64,000 nucleotides of DNA from Mytilus edulis (Eukaryota): positions 18,786,001-18,850,000 of the forward strand of contig NC_092355.1 of NCBI RefSeq assembly GCF_963676685.1, given 5' to 3'. Positions 54,302 through 64,000 of this stretch are shown here, piece by piece; within the stretch, counting starts at the first letter, position 1, and the number at the start of each line of letters is the position of its first letter. Under the pieces are notes generated by a model. The model was not told where the DNA came from and did no database searches. It worked only from the letters and a program-made list of their open reading frames with translations. The translations under genes and the position numbers were made by a program.

Positions 54302-56642
54302 GCCCTTTGATTACGTTTTATCCGATTCCAATATAGATTTTTTTAGATACAAATATAAAGCAACCAATCAACAATAAAGTTGTAACAAATATATGTACGT
54401 GTTTCCTCTTTCATAAACTAACTCAACATATAAAATCGGAAAAAAATAATTCCTATAGATATTTTCGAATTAATAATTCTTATAGATTTAGTCCTGTTGG
54501 AATTGCTGCACAGTTGCCGAATATATTTATATGTAGAATGTAAAAGTTAGGTTTGCACAGTATAACATTTAATCGAAATATCTTCCCATCAAAAAGGAAA
54601 AACTTTGTTATCCATGTGATTAAACTGCTCACATCCTCTTTTATATATACAACACTTAACGTGCGAAAAAAATGTTAATATATATAGATTAACATCAGCG
54701 AATCACACGGATTGGCATTATAAATTAATGCCAGATTTGCTAACTAAGACAATTCCAGTGATATTAATCCCACCTTCTTAATGTGGACCCTAGCTAACAA
54801 ATTGATAAATGTGAACACCTTTATTTCCGTAAATCTTAGGTCAATTTACATAGGGATATATATTGATAAAAAATACTGCGATCAAAGTTGCTTTTTAACA
54901 CTAAAATGTATGAGAAAATTGTGAATGATAAATATACCCGAGACTTGGTTTTCAAATTAGTTAAATATAGTAATTTATTACGTTCAAATTAATTTATGAG
55001 CATGTGTCGTTTTTGTTTAATGAATAGAAAAAAAACAGGTATTTCAGACAGAAGCTCATGAAACAATAACAACAACGAATATATAAAAGTCAACATAAAA
55101 TACGGTTTCTAAGACGGATAATTGGAAAAATCTCTTTATTTGTTTAAGCTTTAATAAAATTGAACGGAAAATACCAAAGGAACATTTAAAACTCATAAGT
55201 CGAGGAAACGTTTTCAATTCATGACAAAAGACAAAAAACACCCCGACGAAACGACAAGTTTTTACAAATAAATCAAGAGAAAATAACTAAGCTTGTATGA
55301 GTATAAAATTACAACTACCTTGCTCAGCAGAAAAATACTCCTACAATGTTGGTCAATGCTTTAGTTAGAAAGTTACACTTGTGGTGGGATCTTACAAGCC
55401 ATACATTTTGTTCTAAGTTCAATGTCTTCCGACTGAAATTTTGACCAGTCAGTCATTCATTGCTTGGTTGATTGATTGGTAACAGCTATATTTGTCTATA
55501 TGCCTAGCATTTTTGATGAGTTTGTTTTTACATTAAACGGCAAATTAAAAATGTATATTCACGATGGAATAAAAAAATAAAAAATAATAGATGAATTCTT
55601 TTTAGCAAGTTGACCGGGATGAACATTTGGGACTGCTTCATGAAAATGAGGAAGATATGGATACTTTTTATAGGTATATAAATATTGGGGGATGGACTAC
55701 TAGAATTAAATCGACATAATACAACATAATATATAACAACGCATAAAGTATGAAGATAAGATAAAGGTATTTAAATGTATTGATAATGTAGATAAGCTTT
55801 CCACATTATGACATTGATTACATTTTGTATATATTACAATGTAATTTTGACGTTTGAGGTCTTTGATACACACTGTAACAGCTTATGTGAATTTGATTTC
55901 GATCTGACTTTCCAAAATACTTCTGTCTGTATTTTATGCGTAGTCCGTTTGCATTTTTGTACTAAGCATCAACCACACAGGTTTTTGCAATGAGTCTAAT
56001 TCTTCAATTTTTATCTTGTTAGATTTTCAATTAACTCATCAGAATGAAAAATGATATGGCAATTAAAAGCTTAAAAATCAGATTATTACATTTTATTGAC
56101 AAAAGTTGTTGCACAACATTTTTTCAATCATCTATTTAAATAAATCCAGGCTACTAAAATATAAATTATACGAGGTAGGTTTATTAACATCTTACATATA
56201 TTTATCAATTTGATAAAGTTACGTTCATTAAAACACGCCGGTTCATAAGATGTGAGTTTGATCCGTGTTTTAATATCTATCATAATTATACAGAATCACA
56301 GTGATATTTCATGCAATGTCGATTTCTTGGACGTCATTGTGCTGCACAAATTTGTTTAAACATTAAACATACGTTTTATGGTAGTGTGAACATAATAATT
56401 ATGATATATTTAGATTGATCAAATATTTTAGAATTTTGTGACTTGCCACTCCATAAATTTTAAATGTATGTTGAAAAAAAGATATTATGCAAGTCTTCCA
56501 TGATACAAATATTATTATATTAGTAATAAACTATAATGTGCTTAATTCTTTCTGCACCGTTAGGATTTTCCCATCAACTATCTGGTTTTAACTGGGATCA
56601 AATGATAAAAAATCGTGTATTAGATTTTTAATTGTATATACG

Positions 56643-57015
56643 TAATTACATTAGATGTATGTTTCATTATAATACGTTATTCTGATTGGCTAACTGCACA
56701 TCTCGCGTTATTCCTTAATCAATTGCATTACACAATAAAATTTATTATTCATGATGACTCGAGGTCCTACACTCAAGTGCACAGGTAAATTATATAAAAA
56801 CTTAATAAAAATCGTGATTTCATGAGCCTAGCTACAAAATGTAATTATAAGTATTGAATGCTTCTTTTTGTAACTTCATAGGGTTGTAAAAGCGTTGACC
56901 GTGTACACATTTTTAGAATGAAGCGCGTTCGCGTTCGCGCCTCATACAACATGTACTTCGGTCAACGCTTTTACACCCCAATGAAGTTACAAAACGAAGC
57001 ATTCAATTCTTAATT
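56643..57015 (+). mobile_element. ~370-bp repeat with a long 3' hairpin, copy 2
   Basis: Same family and orientation as 49846-50195. Confidence 0.8.
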
Positions 57016-57597
57016 GTTTTCAACATAAAATGTACTCATCCCTCCAAAATAACCGATTATCATTTCGGGATAAGAAAATAAGGGACCTCAATGAACCGTG
57101 AGTCATTTTGAAATAACAAAATATCAGACAAAAAGGAATATAGGAGCATCCGATTTTAATGCAAGGCTACCATCGGTTTCATCTCAAATAGAGTAAGCTT
57201 TAAAATAATCAACAATAAGGTATATAATAGGGTTTTATATAAATATATTATTTACAACATTGCTGCTATCAATGAGTGCTATTTTATGATGTGTTCTTCT
57301 GTACTCAATCGGCTTAACTTGGTCGAATTCGAAAATTAAGCTGCTTTTTTTCGAAACCATTTTCCTTTGGTACACAATAAAAAAAATCATCAAAGATACC
57401 AATCTAAAATTTGTAACACCTCGTCAAATATTTTTTGCCGAGTGACGGAAATCCTATTTCGTAAATAAAAATACAGTTGTACGTAAGTTTTTCAAATTTA
57501 TTTTTACTTCTTGTTAATCTTAATCTGGACAGAAATTGCACTGTTCTTTTCAGGATCTGTTCTGTCAACATCTTCCTCAGTTTCCGCCGGAAGTTCT

Positions 57598-60500
57598 TTA
57601 ATTGGTTTGACAATTGATTTTCCATTTTTTTATGTGGATCACTACATTAACAATGTTGACGATCGTTGAAATAAAGAAAAGTACACAAGCAGTTGCTGCC
57701 ATAAAAAATCCAGTCGATAAATTGTCTTCGTCAGGGTAAAATGACTTCGGATCGTAGAAAACCGGCGCTAACATCAGTTTGTATTTGTTTTTGTAATAGT
57801 TCAAAGTATATCCCAATATTGACCCTGAAATACAAAACAAAAAATGAATATCAATTTAGTTAAGTAACTATGTAACCTGTAAACCCTTTTCCCCTAACTT
57901 TCCTCTATGCGTTCACAACATAATTAAGTTTACAATAGAAAAGTACTAGTAACAATTTAATTTCTTTGTTAAAAGAATTCAAGTGCATGCAATAAGATTA
58001 TAATACGCATTGACTTTTGGTTTTGTAAAATTGTTTACTGGCTTTCGACCATTTGTCAGTTACAAGGAGTATTGTTACGTCGAAACTTTGACTATGTCTG
58101 TATGCCTTTTGGTAGTTGTTTATGGGGTGGGGTATCCATCTAGTTAGTAAAGATCATTTAACTCATTTTTGATAGTTTGTTATTATGTAATTCTTTTACA
58201 CTAATGTCATAGAGAAGCGTTTAACGCTGAAAATTATCTTCAATCCTGTCAAATTATGCATGCATGTCTGTCTTAAGTCTGCCTGTGTTCAAGTGTCAGT
58301 TGTTTTACATTATATTTCAGCTGCTCATTAATCAGTCGCTGTTTTTCCCTGTCTGAATTTCGTTTTCATTTTTTTTATGCATGGGACTTTTACAGCTTGC
58401 TGTGTTGTATGTAGTATGCTCATTATTATAGATACAAATGTCTTGAATGAAAATATCATATGATAAAATACAATACAATATTCTATTTTAAAAACACTCT
58501 GTTGCATTTACATGTGAAACACGAGGTAAACACATACAAAATACAATCACATACGATCTTAGAAAGCAATAAAACAACTCTAAAATATACCAACTATTGC
58601 TCCTGAAGGCCGTATACGGTGACCGATAGTTGATAACATCTACTGTCTATACTATCAATTAATTTTATAACATTTTTAAAAGCCTGCTGGCAATGTAATG
58701 AACAGCCTTAACTTAAAAAAAGTAATTCGTATTGGTAATTGCACTGTGCATCTAATAAAAATGATAACAAGAATGTGTCCGTAATACACGGATGCCCTCA
58801 ATCTAATTAAAAACCGATCTCTCATCGCTCCTGTTTCTGATATGTCGCGTGGGAGATCTAACGAAACCGGCTTTGAAGTCACATGTGAGTGAACTAAAAG
58901 TTATGATTTATAAAGATATGCAAATGAGTTGACGACCTATTAATAAGCCAATCAAAAAAGTTTATGAATTATTTGGACTGACGATTTCGTCGTAAATGAA
59001 ATGAGTTGCATCCCTTTGCCTTACGTTAAACTTCCAAGATCGTAGAAGACTCAATTTCATTGGTCGAAAAAGACACACCTACGAGGTCCCTCACATGTGA
59101 CCTCAAAGCGGGTTTCGTTAGATCTCCCACGCGACATATCAGAAACAGGAGCGATGAGAGATCGGTTTTTAATTAGATTGGGATGCCCCATCTGCACTAT
59201 CATTTTCTATGTTCAGTGGACCGTAAACATGGAATAAAAACTCTAGTTTGGCATTAAAATTAGAAATATCATATCAAAAGAAAAATGTGTACTAAGTTTC
59301 AAATTGATTGGACTTCAACTTCATCAAAAACTACCTCGACCAAAAAATTTAACCTGAAGTGGGACAGACGGACGAACGACGGACAAACGAACAAACGGAC
59401 GGACGGACGGACAAACGAATGAACGGACGGACGGACGGACAAACGAATGCACGGACGTACAACGAATGAATGGACGGACGAACGGATGCATAGACCAGAA
59501 AACATAATGCCTATAAATAGGGCATAAAACAGTTTCGAATGTTTTAGTGTTATCGAACGTTACCTGCAGCTAAGGAAAGTACGGAAGATGTGATTCTACA
59601 AGAATTCAAAACGAAACTTTTCTTTTTCAAATAGGGAACTAGACTGGCCGGTAGAAGAACAACCAAAGAAGTACACCCTATTCCAAGCGTTGCCATTATC
59701 AATATTCTCGGTAAGACTCGCCAGGAATCTGTAAAATATACATGGATTAAAATTCAACTTAATTGATAGTATTTATATTTACATTATACGGATAATCATA
59801 ATAAATGTGACTTATTAGACAATAATGTGGTATCGATGTTTCATAGCAAATACAAAATAGACATGTGAAGGTCAATATGTCATCTTGGACAAGACTTAGT
59901 TGTTTGTTTTAGTATCGTAACACGTAGTTATTAATAACTCGTTTGTAAAAGCTCAATTTTTCATCCCGAATTTTGAATAAGTTCCAGTCACCTAATAACT
60001 AGTTTTCTGTATTGTGTGTTGTTGACAACTGTTTGTCTGTTCGTCTTTCTGTTTATGAAGCATTTCGTCGTGTTCTTCTTTTGAAGTTTGCGCTTTCATT
60101 ATAATGAATAATAGCCTATCAAACATTGATGCGTGGCTATAGCTAGTATTTTGAAAGAACAATATAAATAAAAATGCTATTTCAGTACAACTGTTTCATA
60201 GAGAAACTTATATTTACATTCGTTGTTTTGTGTTTAAGTTTCGTTTCTGTTTTGTACACTGTTTTGGGGTCAGTTCTTTGTAGAAATTTTCTTGTGGAAT
60301 TTATCTTAAGAAATGTATCTTAGGAAATTTATCTTGGGAAATTTATCAGAATAACAGAGCTTGTTTTGTGGATACTCTTGATGTACATATATTATATATG
60401 TCTTTCAAAATATACTATTGACATCTTTAATTTATCAATAAAACGAATTGTCTTATATATGATGATGATTAATATAGAGTATGATGAATTCTAAAAAATT

Positions 60501-61525
60501 CAGTTACAGGTGAAATAACTTAATTGTTCCAATCTCGGGACTTTTCCTTCTTTGATCTGACACTTACTTGAATATTTGCGTCTTGATAACTAAAACTGCT
60601 GGTTATAGACTTAGTTTTTTACTAATCAACAACAACTATGAATAGTCTGGTGTATTACAATTTTTCTTGCTTCGTCAATATCATACAACTAACTTGGGGA
60701 AGCATGATAAAAAACACTATTTGGATTCAACAATAAAACATTAAACTGTCGGGTGTAAATACCAGGATGAATAAAACCTTGCACATTTTCGTAAACTATA
60801 CATTTCACATGTACTAGCTTTAGAAACAGGACGAAAAGAGAAGAGCGCGAAAAACGTGGACTGATGTTAGACAGGAATATATAACCTTATTTATACAAAT
60901 ATCACCAAAGATCGTTCAAGCTCTCTATTTGAAATTTTAAAATGATTTTATTTTTTCATATCCTGTTACACTATTCAACATTTATCAGTTTATATTTCTA
61001 TCAAAATACTATTTTTGAATTGAGAATGCAAATGAGGAGACAACAATCCAACCAAAGAGCAGATAACAGCCCAAGGCCTTCAGTAGGTCTTCAAAACAGC
61101 AAGATGAGAAATCGGTTTTTAATTAGATTGGAAAATCCCCAAAACAAGAGGCGGTCTTCAGCTGGTTCCTAAATGAACATGTGTTCTAGTTCAGTTAAAA
61201 TGGACGTCAGACTTAACTCCAACCCATATAAATGAACTAGAAGTAAAAAAATATACAAGACTACTTTACATATTTTACCTTTCTTGATGAGCTCATAAGC
61301 CTGAGCAGGATCGTTGGTGTTAACATATGCATCAAAACTAGTCCATAGATTCTGATAAGCATAAATACGAAACACAAGTCCATTTGGATCGCCATAGCTA
61401 GTTCCACTATTATATAAATTCCACTTAATTGATTTTGACAGCGATCCCCCAGATAATGAAATTGCCAAAATAATGCACCCTCCTGATGCAATAAGCAGTA
61501 TATTTGGAAGAGTGAAGAATTTCAT
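57598..61525 (-). CDS. Claudin/PMP22-superfamily-like 4-TM protein, paralog E (212 aa as read; 243 aa ending at 57504 if the A7 run is really A6). Exons 61525-61279, 59728-59564, 57824-57598
   Basis: Exon 2 is not in the ORF track but translates openly as DSWRVLPRILIMATLGIGCTSLVVLLPASLVPYLKKKSFVLNSCRITSSVLSLAA, with canonical splice sites. All four TM segments precede the tail frameshift. Confidence 0.82.
58767..59528 (-). mobile_element. Same HINE-like family in intron 2 of gene E, interrupted by a MITE
   Basis: AACAAGAATGTGTCC end at 58767, core, expanded (GACG/AACG)n tract at ~59366-59487, GGGCATAAAA end. Confidence 0.75.
58799..59180. mobile_element. MITE with ~90-bp terminal inverted repeats and a 9-bp target duplication (Mutator-like)
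   Basis: CAATCTAATTAAAAACCGATCTCTCATCGCTCC... mirrored by ...GGAGCGATGAGAGATCGGTTTTTAATTAGATTG. Flanks are GGATGCCCT and GGATGCCCC. Confidence 0.9.
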
Positions 61526-62039
61526 TCTTTCAATTTGCCTTTTCTATGCACGAATCAAACCGTATATCACCGAAAATCGAAAGGAAATTCTTGTTGTTCC
61601 GAAGTTCTGATTTCTATTGACTATGAAAGTAGTATATCATTTTCACATGTGAAAGCTAAGGCACTTGTATGTATTTAAAGTATAGTTGAAATTAAACAAA
61701 TTAGAATCGTTTTCAATTACTAGTTAAAAGTGTTCTGTCTCGAACATATATACATCGGGGCTGTTTTCTAAACTGAAATGTTTTGAAGAAACCTCTTATA
61801 TATGTGGTGAAGTAAAGGACCCATTTCTTCATTGTCTACCCGATTGTTACCATGATGAGTGGTTTTTCGCCGTATCACAGGATAAAGATGTACCTTATCA
61901 GATAGTCATAAATTGTAAACAAACAAATTATTGTGATTATTACCATTTTCTTCAACAGTTCTTGTTCAATGTGTACAATAAAATTTAAAGATTTTGAATA
62001 GACCGTTACCTTACGCGACCTACTTTAAATGTCCATCAT

Positions 62040-62495
62040 AAGTGTGGACATAGATCAATGTCGATATAATGTCGATTAGAGTTAGTATGATTGACAAGTA
62101 TCTCCAGTGACTAAATGCATATTTAAGCAATTGCAGACACAGATCAGAATTGATAGTTATTGTTCGACTTGTGTAAGTATGTTTTTTTTCAAAATATTCT
62201 AAGCGACAATTTGCATTGTTGACCAAGTGTAGACACAGAACAGAAATTGTTCAATTTGTGTAAGTATGTTTGTCATATTTTTCTCTAGCGACTGTATGCA
62301 TGGTGGAGCAAGTGTGGACACAGATAAGTGTGGATAGTAATTGTTCAATGAGTGCAAGTATTTTTCCAAAAATTTCTCAATGACTATATGCATTGATGAC
62401 CAAATGAAGACACAGATCGATGTGAATAGTAATATTGTTCGATTTGGGTAAGTATGTTTGTCAAATTGTCTCTAGTGAGGTCATGCATGGTGAAT
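62040..62495. repeat. Degenerate ~80-94-bp tandem minisatellite, ~5 units
   Basis: Anchor AAGTAT recurs at 62096, 62175, 62262, 62356 and 62450, with shared TGCAT...GACACAGA...TTGTTC blocks. Confidence 0.7.
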
Positions 62496-63466
62496 CCAAA
62501 CCAGATATTTCGGGAACTATTTCTATTTCTATTGCATTGGTATTTATGTTGAACTGTGTTTCCTGTAAGCAACGCTAATGGCGAATGTCACGTTGATATT
62601 AAAGATGTACATTATGCTTATAGATATGGTACATAAGTATACTTGTTACTGATATCTACTTAAAAAAATAATAATAAAGGGAATGGACTTGAGGTGGAGT
62701 TGTTGCTCAAACATGGAGTCGTGTCCGCATTCATCTAAGACCGTGAAACTAAGCAACGAGACTGTCATGAAATTTGTGAAGAAACATCATATACTGGTCT
62801 GTATCAATATGTTCACACCTGAAGTTAAAACTTTTAATCTTACCTACTGAACTATTGAAAAAGAAAAAAAAGGTGTTTTCTCAACAATAAAAGACTTTCG
62901 TGCGGACCATTTGACACAGCAAAGTGAAATTCATTTCCAACTTTATGTAAAATACATAATATTTGAATTATGTGGTCAGTCAGCAATACTATAAATTTAT
63001 CGAAACCATTACAGACAAAATGTGTTTTCCCACTTCTAAATCAAGTCCATCGCTGACATCCAAAACTGTCTCCATCATATCTATGGTCATTCTGTATCGT
63101 GCGCAAAATAAATTATAGTCATACGTTTCTATACTGCAGTAACAGCATCGTAGGTATCGCTGAGGGTATTTAAGCTAATACATTTAATACCAACCCATTC
63201 GAATTGATTTGCTGTCTGATAATGCGATATTAATAAATAAGAAAGATAATGACAATATTTCTGGTTTATGAAAGCAGATATTACGCTTTTGTTGCGCCGC
63301 AGACCCCTTTTTTTTAACGTTATGTACCCTGCTTATGTGTTTGCTGATATCGGTATCGGTAATTCATATATTTTCCCTTTGATCTTACTGCCTTATATTT
63401 TCGAGTATCAACATACTGGCTGTATCACTGAAAATGTTAGGCAATACGTCATAATTACCGATAAAC

Positions 63467-63594
63467 AGAATAATAGGTAGTTCCGTTTTTGATACTGACT
63501 ATATCATGTGGAATATCTAAACTCGCCCTAACGGGCTCGTCTAGATATTCCACATGATATAGTCAGTATCAAAAACGAAACTACCTATTATTCT
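63467..63594. repeat. Near-perfect hairpin: 53-bp arms, 22-nt loop with inner GCCC-TAAC-GGGC stem
   Basis: 63467-63519 is the reverse complement of 63542-63594 with one mismatch. Confidence 0.92.
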
Positions 63595-64000
63595 ATTTTT
63601 ATTATTTACTGTTAAAGAAATGAATTTATTTTTTTCCAAACTGTTTGTAACATCCTTAAATACAGAGTTTTTAAGTGCAATGTAAATATAGATATTTTTC
63701 GTTATCCGTGCACTTTCCTTTAGAGTCAAACTTTGTCATTAAGCCAATCGCACCAAAGTCGTTCGCACCAGCTAGTCTTAAAGTCGTGCGTTTTTGTTTA
63801 AAAGTCGTTTAAAAGTCTTGCCCACCAGTTTTAAAGTTATATGCTGGATTTTTCAAACAGATGCACACCATATTAAATGTACGACGTGCTAAAATATCTA
63901 TAAGTCCATGGCATTAAAGGGGCTCCGTATTTTGTAATGTTTTAATCAATACTTAATGAAGCGATCCGGTAAGATAGTTAGCTTTTTCAGAGGTTGTTTG

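Noticed and set aside
59299-59505. ORF with repeated SVRPSV
   Set aside because: Translation of the (CGTC/CGTT)n microsatellite.
62040-62495. CRISPR-like repeat-spacer array
   Set aside because: Eukaryotic context, units are similar along their whole length with no unique spacers, and no cas genes.

Overview
AT-rich eukaryotic genomic DNA with spliceosomal GT-AG introns. The interspersed repeat families look like those of a bivalve mollusc, probably a Mytilus-type mussel (inference from recalled repeats, not a database result). There are no prokaryotic operons, CRISPR arrays or rRNA genes. Main content: (1) Five paralogous 3-exon genes (A-E) for ~220-245 aa four-transmembrane proteins with PMP22/EMP/claudin-like architecture but no cysteine in the first extracellular loop. 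B-E lie in tandem on the minus strand (37.9-61.5 kb). A is an inverted copy at 0.6-2.35 kb. B and D are intact, A has lost most of exon 2, C has a +1 frameshift in exon 3, and E has a +1 homopolymer frameshift that replaces its tail. (2) An orphan class A GPCR with a single coding exon (16882-18522), followed by a ~1.25 kb tandem duplication of its own 3' end. (3) Many non-autonomous mobile elements: a tRNA-derived SINE, Helentron/DINE-like elements, MITEs with TTAA, TAA and 9-bp target duplications (one provably nested), long hairpin elements and a minimal type I hammerhead ribozyme at 47213-47256. Most short ORFs in the supplied track are spurious or single exons of these genes.
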